A DNA stretch of 63,339 bases, the filler included, from Octopus bimaculoides (taxonomy: Eukaryota), in the NCBI RefSeq assembly GCF_001194135.2. It is 5 parts of 5 records of this genome, joined end to end, with 100 filler letters (N's around TTAATTAATTAA, not from the genome) between each part and the next. Parts side by side here need not be neighbours in the genome. Positions count along the whole stretch, not along the records: positions 40,261 to 56,648 come from NC_068993.1; 4 more parts are not named here. One strand, 5' to 3'. A program made the position numbers and the translations under genes. Below the pieces are notes generated by a model that saw nothing but the letters and a program-made list of their open reading frames with translations, was not told where the DNA came from and searched no databases. Below, in pieces: positions 40,601 to 52,676 of the stretch (its first letter is position 1; every line of letters begins with the position of its first letter).

Positions 40601-40752
40601 AAGGCGGCGAGTTGCCAGAAACGTTAGCACGCCGGGCGAAATACTTAGCGGTATTTCGTCTGCCGCTACGTTCTGAGTTCAAATTCCGCCGAGGTCGACT
40701 TTGCGTTTCATCCTTCCCGGGGTCAATTAAGTAAGTACCGGTCACGCACTGT
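40601..40752 (+). mobile_element. SINE family A, well-preserved 5' part (runs into a gap)
   Basis: AAGGCGGCGAGTTGCCAGAAACGTTAGCACGCCGGGCGAAAT...GTTCTGAGTTCAAATTCCGCCGAGGTCGAC; Pol III A/B-box-like motifs. Confidence 0.9.
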
Positions 40753-41437
40753 NNNNNNNNNNNNNNNNNNNNNNNNNNNNNNNNNNNNNNNNNNNNNNNN
40801 NNNNNNNNNNNNNNNNNNNNNNNNNNNNNNNNNNNNNNNNNNNNNNNNNNNNNNNNNNNNNNNNNNNNNNNNNNNNNNNNNNNNNNNNNNNNNNNNNNNN
40901 NNNNNNNNNNNNNNNNNNNNNNNNNNNNNNNNNNNNNNNNNNNNNNNNNNNNNNNNNNNNNNNNNNNNNNNNNNNNNNNNNNNNNNNNNNNNNNNNNNNN
41001 NNNNNNNNNNNNNNNNNNNNNNNNNNNNNNNNNNNNNNNNNNNNNNNNNNNNNNNNNNNNNNNNNNNNNNNNNNNNNNNNNNNNNNNNNNNNNNNNNNNN
41101 NNNNNNNNNNNNNNNNNNNNNNNNNNNNNNNNNNNNNNNNNNNNNNNNNNNNNNNNNNNNNNNNNNNNNNNNNNNNNNNNNNNNNNNNNNNNNNNNNNNN
41201 NNNNNNNNNNNNNNNNNNNNNNNNNNNNNNNNNNNNNNNNNNNNNNNNNNNNNNNNNNNNNNNNNNNNNNNNNNNNNNNNNNNNNNNNNNNNNNNNNNNN
41301 NNNNNNNNNNGTGTGTGTGTGTGTGTGTATGTGTGTGTGTGTGTGTGTGTGTGGCTTAATGCATTTTGTTTGGTGTACTTACTTAACCGAAATATTTTTA
41401 TCTTAATGACAATAATTTTATTTCCATCATGGTTACA

Positions 41438-41651
41438 CGAGTGGTGGGGGTGCTGAGAAGTTACTGACTTTAAAGGTATCGCGAAAGTCCTGGCTGGAGG
41501 CCCGAACCTTCTGACTTCTTTATCAGGGCTTAGAAAAACTGAAGGACTGCTGCAATAATCTGAGAAAGGGAATATGTAGTAAAAAAAAATAACATAATTA
41601 ACTGATCCTCCTCTGTTTTACCCAAAGCCAGGAACTTTTCAGCACTCCTCG
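41438..41651. mobile_element. Mariner-type MITE (about 215 bp)
   Basis: Imperfect TIRs (right end reverse complement CGAGGAGTGCTGAAAAGTTCCTGGC), TA at the right flank; homologous throughout to 51716-51933. Confidence 0.85.
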
Positions 41652-41876
41652 TAGATGTTGAGTAATCGCCGAGAGAGGACGATCGCGAATACAAGCGGCC
41701 GAAATGGGTTGTTTCATCTTCCAGTGCAAGTGTTCCTCGACAACTTACGCAATTACACATCATTTTCTGAGATTCAGTAAGATTAAAGAATTTTCTTTGA
41801 TATTATGCTGCCTTTTTCAGCGCCAATACCAATTGTGTTTCGTGACACTTTCTTGAATCACTCTTTTGTCGCTTAC

Positions 41877-42001
41877 CGATTACCACAGCCACTTGGTCAT
41901 TGAAGTAAGATTTTCCAAAAGATTCCTTGACATTTAACGGTCTCCCACTCCTCAACATTTTCTTGAATATTGTGAGACTTCTTATAAGTCGTTAACAGGA
42001 A
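41877..42001 (-). CDS. Candidate exon of an unidentified minus-strand gene
   Basis: Acceptor TTTTCTTTTTTCGCTTCAG|, donor ATCG|GTAAGC. Frame 1 continues the upstream exon (FLLTTYKKSHNIQENVEEWETVKCQGIFWKILLQ*, stop at 41897-41899). An alternative frame starts at AAAATG 41958 (MLRSGRPLNVKESFGKSYFNDQVAVVI) and stays open to the donor. Confidence 0.5.
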
Positions 42002-42087
42002 CTGAAGCGAAAAAAGAAAATCCCTTGTCTTTCTAAAGACTCATTCACCTTATTGGAACATCTAAATAATTTCTCAAGCTTATATTG

Positions 42088-42101
42088 ATTACCATAGCAA
42101 C
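42088..42101 (+). promoter_or_regulatory. RFX X-box-like motif in the 234-nt candidate intron
   Basis: ATTACCATAGCAAC, 13/14 to GTTRCCATRGYAAC, followed by an extra ATAGCAAC half-site. Confidence 0.4.
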
Positions 42102-42235
42102 GATAGCAACGATACGGTTATGTTATGGCTGACACTGAACAACGTATCGCAAACATACTTTAATCTCTATCCTAACAGGACTGCTGCAAGAATTAAACAA
42201 ATAGAAGGATGTTGATTAAAAATTAAAAGACTTAC

Positions 42236-42286
42236 CTTGACATCAGTGAAGCCACGAACTTTGTTTGAGAAAACAATAATACGTTC
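42236..42286 (-). CDS. Candidate 51-nt exon (ERIIVFSNKVRGFTDVK if coding)
   Basis: Acceptor ...TTTTCCTTACTTTGTTAATGGACCCAG|, consensus donor AAG|GTAAGT, phase 0-0; 234 nt from the next acceptor. Confidence 0.5.
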
Positions 42287-42446
42287 CTGGGTCCATTAAC
42301 AAAGTAAGGAAAACACGCGAGATTACTTGGATTATATATTGATGTGTCAATCTACTTAGCTGTATATGTATGTACGTGTACGTATGTGTGTATATGTGTA
42401 TGTGTATACACATATGTCTGTATGTATGTATATATATGTATATATA

Positions 42447-42493
<47 letters not shown>

Positions 42494-43254
42494 NNNNNNN
42501 NNNTGAATGTGTGCTTGTATGTTTGCGTATATATGTATGCACATATGTATATATGTACACATAGACAAACACACACACACACACGCACACACACACACGC
42601 ACACACACACACACACATATATATATATAGTTGAAATTTACAAAAAAGCAAAAGACGAAGACAGGTGTGTAGTGTACATGCGCATATACACACACGCAGA
42701 CGCAGACGCACACACATGCACACACGCACTCCCACGCAGGCACGCCCCTACAATATTTTATATATATATATATCTCTCTATATATATATACACACACATA
42801 CTCATGCACATACATGTAGATACTCCAAGTGTTTAGGCTGTTCACAGCACATTCCCGAGATCCAAGTTTCGAAACCACACCATAACATCTTGGAAAAATA
42901 TCTTTTTTTTTTCGTAGCCTCGCATCTATCTTATGTATACTGAATGAAATTTAGTGAATGGAAACTGTACAGAAGCCCCTCAAGTAGACGATACTCGTAA
43001 TTCAAATAGCCTGCCCGGCCACATCCTTTGTCATGAGAAATTCTACTTGGAGGTATGTTAAGGGTACACGTGTCTATGGAATTCTCAGCCAATTTGATTC
43101 AATTTCCTGATAATTCCCGTGTTAAACCAAGTTAATTACTGATCACCGAGACTCACGGAGACCAATCCTTCTGCATTTGTATACAATACACCTATCTCTA
43201 ACTACCTTTATACGCATGTAGGTATGTTTTTTATACATATACATACATATATGT

Positions 43255-43655
43255 ATATGGCTGTGTGGTAAGTAGCTTCCTTACCAATGACATGGTTCCG
43301 GGTTCAGTCCCACTGCGTGGCACTTTGGGCAAGTGTCTTCTACTATAGCCTCGGGCCAACCAAAGCCTTCTGAGTGGATGTGGTAGACGGAGACTAAAAG
43401 AAGCCTGTCGTATATGTGTATATGTGTATATGTGTATATGTTTGTGTGTCTGTGTTTGTGTCCCCTCCCACCAACATCGCTTGAAAGCCGACGCTTGTGT
43501 GTTTACGCCCCCGTAACTTAGCGATTCGGCAAAATAGGCCGATAGAATAAGTACTAGGCTTACAAAGAATAAGTCCTGCGGTCGATTTGTTCGACCAAAG
43601 GCGGTGCTCCAGTATGGCCGCAATCAAATGACTGAAACAGGTGAAAGAATAAAAG
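43255..43655 (+). mobile_element. SINE family B, full-length-looking copy
   Basis: Head GGCTGTGTGGTAAGTAGC...GGTTCAGTCCC (tRNA-like), internal AT/GT microsatellite, tail GACTGAAACAGGTGAAAGAATAAAAG. Confidence 0.88.
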
Positions 43656-43721
43656 TATATATATATACGCACATATATATATACTCGCACGCACATACAT
43701 ATAATATATACACATGCACGC

Positions 43722-43760
<39 letters not shown>

Positions 43761-44006
43761 NNNNNNNNNNNNNNNNNNNNNNNNNNNNNNNNNNNNNNNN
43801 NNNNNNNNNNNNNNNNNNNNNNNNNNAGGTACGTACGTACTTGTACGAATGTGTTTGTTTGGTGTTTGCGTATATTAGTTTCTCTCCATTTATACTCCGC
43901 ACCACCTCTTCCCCTTCCCCACAGAAAACTTTTAATGATTGGACTTAAAGGTGACGAACGTGGGTCATTCACTATATTCTGTTTGTCTTTCGCTTCAGAA
44001 GACCGC

Positions 44007-44035
44007 ATTTCCATAGCAACTGTTGCTATAGTAAC
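44007..44035. promoter_or_regulatory. Tandem pair of RFX X-box motifs
   Basis: ATTTCCATAGCAAC (44007-44020), T, then GTTGCTATAGTAAC (44022-44035, full match to GTTRCYATRGYAAC), in non-repetitive sequence. Confidence 0.55.
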
Positions 44036-45639
44036 AAACGCTTTAGACAGCCAGCATGTTTGCCTTTCGGATTTGTTGTTTTCCTTTCACTTTCCCGGCC
44101 CACCATCACCACTACCATTGCGCACCCTGGTGGCAAAACAAAACACCTACTTCATTACTGCTGCTGCTGCTGCCGTTCTTCTTCTTGTTGTTCTTGCTGT
44201 TGTTGTTATTAGTATTAGTATTATCAAACAGTACTGAGTGGCGACTCCTTTATATATTTGTTCCGTATTCAGGTTCTCTTCTAATTTTCGATATTGGTTT
44301 TCTGTCTTCTAGAATCGATAAAATAAGTACTAATCGATAAAATAAGTATTGAATCACACGCACACACATGCACGCGTTCATAATCACAAACACACACACA
44401 CACACACATACATACGCACACATTAGTTCGAAGTATTCATTAAGAATCGGGGCCCATCAACGTGTAAGACGCCAGCAATTGGTTTGTTAGAATCAAACAG
44501 AGCAGACAGTGAAATAAGCCATCATCATAGATACTGTTGCTTGGATAATTCACGATCCCAGTTCTTTACCAATGATCCAATTCCTAGGTCGGACCTTGAT
44601 ACAGCGTAAATATAACAATTAACATACGAAAGGAGGTTTAAATTCACGACAAATGTTTTGGTAGGAATTTATGTAATCGTAACCGAATACTTCACATTAG
44701 TAGACATTAATCATGGTTGATTAAGTTTAAAGAACACCTGAAGAAGTTGGAAATTTATGTTATATGATGCAATCTATTTTGACAACATTAAATAAATTTC
44801 CACCGAAACAATTGTCGTGATTTTAAACCGCCATCCATCTGCTTTTTCTTATATATGTATTAATAAGGTAACCTTGATTTCCAACTAAACTTGGAGGTTG
44901 TGTTAGAAAAGAACAATGTATTATTTAAACCAACACATTACGTTGGAGAGAAATATTACTTTTGGTATTAATAAGCGACGGAGTGCCAACAACAACGAAG
45001 ATCTACCAAGGCTAAACACTAAAGAATTGGATCTCATACTTTTTTCTGTCCACGGAGAGGATAAAACACGTTATATGCTTATTATAGTATATCTTGCATT
45101 TCAGTAGATGCAGTATGGCCGAACTGTTAAGAAATTCAGTTCAAAACCACGAGGCAGTTTTCGATCTCACTGTATTGTATCTTGAGCGAATACCAGTTTC
45201 GACGCCTCCAAGTCGACCTGCGCATTGTCAGTAAAACTGAGTCGATAGAACCTGTGTACAATTCCATCGGGGCCAGTTGTACCGAAGCTCAAACCACACA
45301 GCCTTGTCTCACGCACGCTCTCAAACCCGATTCTGCCTGTGTGTTATGTTTTAAGAGTACACGAGTCTGTCTGTGGTAGAATGCTCAGCCATTTACGTAT
45401 TAATTCCAGAGCGTATAATCCAGTTGTGCGAACAATTGAAGCCTCATCGTCGAACGACGGAGACCGACCACCGCCGCCTCCACCACTATCGCCGCCGCCG
45501 CCGCCACCACCATAACAACAACAACAACAACACTTGCATTGCAAATTATCAAAAAAGAAACGTGTTACGTTGAAGTTTTTCTAGTATTAGTGATTGGAGG
45601 AATTAGAAAAAGTGGGGAGGTGGATGAGGAAAAGACGGG

Positions 45640-46610
45640 GGTGATGATGGAGGTGATGGTGGTGGTGGTGGTGGTGGTGGTGGTGTTTGAAGAAGAGAAC
45701 GTGGAGGAAATGGTGGTAGTGGTGGTGGTGGTCGTGGTGGTGGTGATGGTGGTATAGAATTAGGAGTGGGAGTGGTTAGGGTTGTGCGAGTGGTAGTAGT
45801 TGTAGACGTGTTGGTGCTGTTGGTGATGATGGTTGTTTCCGTGTTGTTGTTGTTGCTGTGGTTGTGGCTATTGTTGTTGTTGTTGTTGTTGTTGAAGGGG
45901 TGGGGGTTATGACAATGGCTGTGTCGGTGATATTGGTCGTGGGTGTCTTGGTGATGTTAGTTTTAGCAGGAGTGATGGTCGTGGTTGAGATGGTTGTGAT
46001 GGTGGTGTTAATGGCGGCGATGCCGATACCAGAGGTGGGGGGAGGAGGAAAGGGGATAGTAGTTATGGTGATGGTAATAGTGGTGGGGTGATAGTACTGG
46101 TTACGGTGGAGATGATAGTAACGGTTGTAGTTGTGGTGGTGACTGGAGCGGAGTAGATGTAACAGCAGTGGTAGTTGTGTTATTGATATCGGTATAGGTC
46201 GTAGTTGCAGTGTAGTTTGGTAGAAGGGGAGGTAATGGGTGTAGTACTAGTAGTGGTAGAAAGATAGTAGATAGGTACTGTATTCATAGTATTGGTGGTA
46301 GCACCTGATATCCAGCTGGTTAGATTGTATCGGTGATAGCTGTGTTGGTGGTGGGAGTGTTAGAGGTGTTGATGAAGGTGGTCCCGGATGCAGTGGTAGT
46401 GGTGGCTGAGTTGTTATTGGTAGTGTTGGTGACAGTAGTGGTAGTGGTGGTGGTGGTTGTGGTGGTTTTGATGATGTTGGAGGAGATTTTGCAGGTCGTG
46501 GTGGTGGTGGTGGTTTTGTAGTGGTTTTCTGGTGGTGTTGGAGGAAGTGTTGGAGTTGATGGTGGTGGTGTTTGTGGTGTTGGTGCTAGTGATGTGTTAG
46601 ATGTGTTGCT
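45640..46610. repeat. Degenerate (GGT/GTA/GTT)n low-complexity tract
   Basis: Cryptic trinucleotide simplicity for about 1 kb; similar tracts at about 3360-3640 and 5590-5900. Confidence 0.9.
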
Positions 46611-46732
46611 ATCGTAAATCCATTACCAGGTTTCGTTTCAAGGACCTGAACACGTTCAATGGCTTCATACTACTTAATATCAGAGCTTAAGTTATTGTTG
46701 GTTCTGTTTATTGATGATATCACCTACATTCG

Positions 46733-46837
<105 letters not shown>

Positions 46838-46921
46838 ACAAACACGCATACATACATTCACATGCACATATACATACATCAACGAAGCACGAAGACATAT
46901 ACACACGTAGAGAATACCAGA

Positions 46922-46975
<54 letters not shown>

Positions 46976-47364
46976 NNNNNNNNNNNNNNNNNNNNNNNNN
47001 NNNNNNNNNNNNNNNNNNNNNNNNNNNNNNNNNNNNNNNNNNNNNNNNNNNNNNNNNNNNNNNNNNNNNNNNNNNNNNNNNNNNNNNNNNNNNNNNNNNN
47101 NNNNNNNNNNNNNNNNNNNNNNNNNNNNNNNNNNNNNNNNNNNNNNNNNNNNNNNNNNNNNNNNNNNNNNNNNNNNNNNNNNNNNNNNNNNNNNNNNATA
47201 TGGGTGTATATGTATATATACCAATTTCTGTGTTTGTATGTATGTATGTACGTATGTACGTATGTATGTATGTATGTATGTATGTATGTATGTATGTATG
47301 TATGTATAAACATGCTTGCATACACGAATAGAAAGTAAGACAGAATAAAATAGAATAGAATAGA

Positions 47365-47440
<76 letters not shown>

Positions 47441-47737
47441 GTAGGTAGATAGGCGGATGGATGGATAGATAGACAGACAGACATAGATAGACTGGGAGAT
47501 AGATAGACAGATAGATAGATAGACAGATAGATAGATAGATAGATAGATAGACAGAGTTGCTTTATTTCAGTCATTACATGTATCGTTTTATTTCAAGAGT
47601 ATTTCAATATGCCATGAATTCAGTTATCTAAATCCTTGTCACGTGATTATCTTGGTCGTGCAGGTGAATTTGTCTCTTACTAAAGTAATCCGTCTACTTT
47701 CAATCAATGATAGCTTTTATCTACTCCCACTGCTCCC

Positions 47738-47781
<44 letters not shown>

Positions 47782-48207
47782 CGCTTGCTTTTCCACTACT
47801 CCCTCCTTCATTTTTTTTTATCTTAGTTTCTCTTTAAACTGTCACTCTTTAACTCCTTCCTCTCTCTCACCATCTCTCTGCCTCTCTCTGCCTCCCGCTT
47901 TCCACCACTCTCTCTCCATGTCTTTATTTTACTTTTTTCAAAAAACTATAAATCTTTCTCTTCCTCTCTTCCTCCGTCTCTCCTCTCTTTCTCTCTCTTT
48001 CTCTTCCTTAGGTCAATCCGTTTCCATCCCTCACTCCCCCTGTATCTCTTTATCTTTGTTTTATTGCTCCTTTCCTTCCTTCTCTGTTTCCTTTTTATCT
48101 ATTTAACTCACATCTACGACTGGTTTTGTGTGTATGTGTGTGAGTGTATGTGTGTGTGTAATTCGATCGGCCAAACCGTAACACATGTATATGTGTGCGT
48201 GCATATG

Positions 48208-48281
<74 letters not shown>

Positions 48282-48725
48282 GTAATTCGATCGGCCAAAC
48301 CGTAACCGACTTAAGCCATGTGATCCTCTGTTTGATTCATCAGTCAGCCATTTTGATCCGAAAATATACTTTAACAATAAATGAGACAACATGGCCGACA
48401 GAAGATTCTCTTATAATTACTTGCTTCAGATTTTACGTTGACATTATATTGTAAAGAGTAAGAGAAATCCTTCCTTTTCCTCTCCGGAATAAGAAAGTGG
48501 GAGCCGATGGGAGAGGATCTAATTTGTGAGTTTGCTCGCGCACCCGAATACATTGTGCATTTGCAGGAAATAACACAAACTCTAACTTAGAAATCTGTCA
48601 CGATTGCATTCTTACCTTCTACATACCTGTGCACTCTTACACACGGCGCATACAGTACGGAAAGCATATGATCGCATATACTTACGTGTGCTCATATTTA
48701 CCAAAGCATAAGTATTCATACGAGT

Positions 48726-48761
48726 TCAGGGTTAGGGTTAGGGTTAGGGTTAGGGTTAGGG
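48726..48761 (+). repeat. Interstitial telomeric-type repeat TCAGGG(TTAGGG)5
   Basis: Five perfect TTAGGG units at 48732-48761, fused to the head of a SINE. Confidence 0.95.
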
Positions 48762-49120
48762 CAGCGGACTCGTGGTCGTAGGATCGCGGTTTCGATTCCC
48801 AGACCGGGCGTTGTGAGTGTTTATTGAGCGAAAAACACCTAAAGCTCCACGAAGCTCCGGCAGAGGATGGTGGCGAACCCTGCTGTACACTTTCACCACA
48901 ACTTTCTCTCACTCTCTCTTGCTGTTTCTGTTGTGCCCGTAATTTAAAGGGTCAGCCTTGTCACATTGTGTCACGCTGAATATCCCCGAGAATTACTTTA
49001 AGGGTACACGTGTCTGTGGAGTGCTCAGTCACTTGCACGTTAATTTCACGAGCAGGCTGTTCCGTTGATCGGATCAACTGGAACCCTCGACGTCGTAAGC
49101 GACGGAGTGCCAACAACACA
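48756..49120 (+). mobile_element. SINE family C (tRNA-like head)
   Basis: GGTTAGGGCAGCGGACTCG...GGTTTCGATTCCC (A/B-box-like), body with TTAAGGGTACACGTGTCT (shared with about 43058-43076), tail AGCGACGGAGTGCCAACAAC (also at about 44974-44995). Confidence 0.8.
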
Positions 49121-50043
49121 CATACGAGTTTATATACGATTAAGCATTTGCAGATACACTATACTGGACAGTAAAAATGAACTAGGCTAAAATGAGCATT
49201 CGCAAATGCATGAAACGTTGCTTGGAGTTGTACAGTTTTACGTATACCTAAGCATACATATGCACAAAGGCTCACAAATATAGTCTCACATACACGCTTC
49301 TACAATCGTAAAACGCACGGCAGGAGACACACATGCACGTGTCTGTTTGCATATTTATATGTACATGCATGCATGCACACGTATACCGCATACATAGGTA
49401 TTCATTTACACACACACGCATGCATGTACGCACACACATCTACAAAGGGTGCTTCGCACACTAAACCAGTTTCACTCTGCAGCACTCGGCCAGGACAGGA
49501 AATTTTCAGATTGCACTCAAACATCTTCTGGTGTTTGATCAATAAATTACAACACCTTAAAACTGGAAGATGGTCAATGATAGCCAGTCACTGCCCCTTT
49601 TCCTTGGCTTCCAACAAGAGGGTCTTCTAACATGCGAGCTTTCGATGCAAGTCTTCTGACCTGCTCGTACTGAACTAATTCCTGTGAGGTATTTTGTTAT
49701 TTGGTGAGTACGTATCGTAATAAACATGACATTGCAGAAGAGTAATGGAAGAATAATTCCAAAGACTGTTAACTGAGAATCGAATACTTGCTGCCAAAAG
49801 GCAGATGCACCACGTGATTCTTGCCATTACTTGATCTCTACCTCTTTCTCAAGATCTCTCAAGATCTCTCAAGATCTCTCTCTCTCTCTCACTCTGTCTC
49901 TCTGTCTCTCTGTCTCTCTCTGTCGTTCTCTCACACTGCATAGATGTGTAGGTTTGCGTGATTTTGCATATGTAAATGTATGTGCAAGCTCTGCATATAT
50001 AAATATATGTATATCTATGTATATATGTATATATATATATATA

Positions 50044-50114
<71 letters not shown>

Positions 50115-50524
50115 AAACACGTGTGTGCTTGATTCCCTGTTAGAGTATGTATGTGTGTGTTGTACTGTTTATCTTTAATAACCAATAACGGCATTGTATA
50201 ATAAGAAGCACACACACACATACATTTACACACACGCACGCACACCTATAAACACCTATGGATATACATACACGCGAATACATGTGTGTACGTACGGTGT
50301 GTGTGTGTGTGTGTGTGAATGTATGATATATGTAAAATTATATGTACGTACGTTAATAAGTGTACGTATTTGTGTACTTGAGTATAACTCTGTGCGTGTG
50401 CGTGCGCACACACACACGCGAATCTTTCTCTTTTTCATTTTCCCCCTCTTTTCCCTCTCTTTGTTTCTCTCACCCTTTCGTTCTCTCCTTCCTTTTCTCT
50501 CTCTCGTTTTCTCTCTCTGTCCGA

Positions 50525-50570
<46 letters not shown>

Positions 50571-50627
50571 ACAGTAAATTCTATAAATGAATGTTAAATG
50601 CAAAGCGAGGAAATTGCTAATATGCAT

Positions 50628-50644
50628 CAGCGCCCTCTTGTGGC
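50628..50644 (-). promoter_or_regulatory. CTCF-motif match
   Basis: Minus strand GCCACAAGAGGGCGCTG; one deviation from CCACYAGRKGGCRSY. Motif match only. Confidence 0.35.
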
Positions 50645-51213
50645 CGTCTGACAATAAAACATATCTGGAATTAAAATGTCAAAAGATTTCCCTTATAGAA
50701 CATATAACGATCAGCGATAAATAATATAAGCTGCCGCCATCACCAAATCCACATTCATACACGCGCCTGCGCACGCACACACACACACACACACATACTC
50801 ACACGCGTTGACGCACACAACTTACATACGTACACACATACGCATTCGAAGTCACACAAACACTCACTGATTCAAATACGCAGGTGGAGCCGTACACATA
50901 CACACATACACTCACTCACACACACACATAATCATTGAGTCGTTATTTGGTTACGGAGACGCAAGTTCTATAAAGGAATCGCTGAGATCATTAAATCAAC
51001 CGTAGTATATTACTGGTACATTGATTAGCTCCCTTGATGAATGCTAGAAGCATGAAATCAGCCGGTATCGGCAGGTTTGTAGCTTAACACTAAACAAAAC
51101 GTATAATCCGGAATCTGACCATCTGAAAACTCTTTCTCTATTCTTGTGTATATCATAAGTGTATCATAATCAGAGCCGTGTAAGCTGCATTGTAGGTGCT
51201 CAACGCAAGCAAC

Positions 51214-51257
<44 letters not shown>

Positions 51258-51439
51258 CTTTTCATCACTGGCGCCACCAAAAGTGAACAATTGTAACGTT
51301 AAAGGCGCGAGATTGCAACGTCCTTTCGACGTTGACTGATGAGGACTTAACTACGAATTTTTTTTCCGTCGTGATTTTGTATAATTTTCCGTTTGTTGTG
51401 TTTTTGTTACATTTTATATATAATAGTTGAAGTTTCTAG

Positions 51440-51575
51440 AAAAGCAAAGACGAAGACAGGTGTATGAACAACAAGCAGGTGTATTAGTTTGACGCTTGGG
51501 AAAATGAAAAAGTCTTTTACGTTTCGAGACTACGCTCTTCGACAAAAAGGAATGAGAGAAAATAGACAGAGAGAG
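51440..51575 (-). mobile_element. Short repeat carrying a decayed hammerhead-like motif (Penelope pLTR-like); truncated relatives at about 35815-35872 and 42652-42668
   Basis: Minus strand CTTT-TTGTCGA-A-GAG(CGTAGT)CTC-GAAAC-GTA-AAAG at 51513-51550. The GACGAAGACAGGTG..ACAACAA.CAG.TGTATTAGTTT.ACGCT.GGGA part recurs elsewhere in the window. Confidence 0.5.
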
Positions 51576-51715
51576 AATGAAAAAACAATTTGTAAATTTA
51601 GCAGTCACACACACGCACACACAAACAAGAAGGGATTCTTTCAGTCTTGTCAACCAAATCCATTCACAAGGCTTTGATTAGTCCGAGGCTATAGTAGAAG
51701 TCACTTGCTCATATA

Positions 51716-51933
51716 CGAGGGGGTGCTGAAAAGTTCCTGGTTTTAAGGGTCTCGCGAAAGGCCTGTCTAGAAGCCCAATCCTTCCGCGATCTTTTACAGG
51801 GCATAGAAAAACTGAAGAACCACTGCAATGAATGTGTGAATTGAGAGGCGAATACATTGAATAAAATCATAATTAACTGATCCCCCTGTATTTTCTTTAA
51901 CCCAGAGCCAAGAACTTTTTAGCTTACCCCTCA
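51716..51933. mobile_element. Mariner-type MITE with TA target-site duplication
   Basis: TA-CGAGGGGGTGCTGAAAAGTTCCTGG ... CCAAGAACTTTTTAGCTTACCCCTCA-TA; homologous to 41438-41651. Confidence 0.88.
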
Positions 51934-52519
51934 TATATACGACTGTGTGTGGGGGGGGATGCTTGTTCCCATCACCACTTGACAACCGCTGTTGGTGTGT
52001 TTACGTCCCTGTTCTCGAATGATTCAGCGAAAGACACGTGTCGGCTAAGTACCGAGCTCAGAGAAAAAAATAAGAACTGGTGTCGATTCGTTCGATTAAA
52101 ATTCTTCAAGGCGATGCCCCAGCGTGGCCGTATACACACTATATGTAGGACACCGTTATACACCGTGACTTTCCTTTTAAAGTCAATACAAGGCTGTTTC
52201 ACGGCGACTAACTTACTATTTCTAGCATGGTCAATGGCGTTGTTGATGCTCCAAATTTGACTTCGATCCTTTAAGATTTCTCTGACGATGACAAGTAACG
52301 ATGTTAATGTTGATATCCTGTTTGGAAAATAAATATGGAAGAATGTCATACACACTCATAAACACGGACATAGGCGCGCGCACGCACGCACGCACAAATG
52401 TACATGTATATACACATACATATAGAGCTTGTTCTCTGAATCTGATTGAGGATCTAATCAAAAGGTAAACCGACACGATTGGGTGATTTTGGCCTAAGAC
52501 AAGAACAAGTTAAATGAAC

Positions 52520-52642
52520 TGAGACTACGTACGTACATACATATGTATGTATGTTGTATGTGTGTATGTATGTATGTATGTATGTATGCATGTTTCAATG
52601 TATGTGTGTATGTGTGTGTATGTATGTATGTATATATGTATG

Positions 52643-52676
<34 letters not shown>

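Noticed and set aside
40601-40690. tRNA-like A/B boxes in SINE heads
   Set aside because: No complete cloverleaf, and each continues into a multi-copy SINE body; not tRNA genes.
46320-46622. About 100-codon Thr/Pro-rich (mucin-like) open frame on the minus strand
   Set aside because: Expected from a degenerate (ACC/ACT)n tract, since such repeats avoid stops. Bounded by stops, no start codon, no good acceptor, and similar tracts occur elsewhere in the window.
51330-51372. CTGATGAGGACTTAACTACGAAT hammerhead-like string
   Set aside because: GAAA is broken, stem II is mismatched and there is no helix III.
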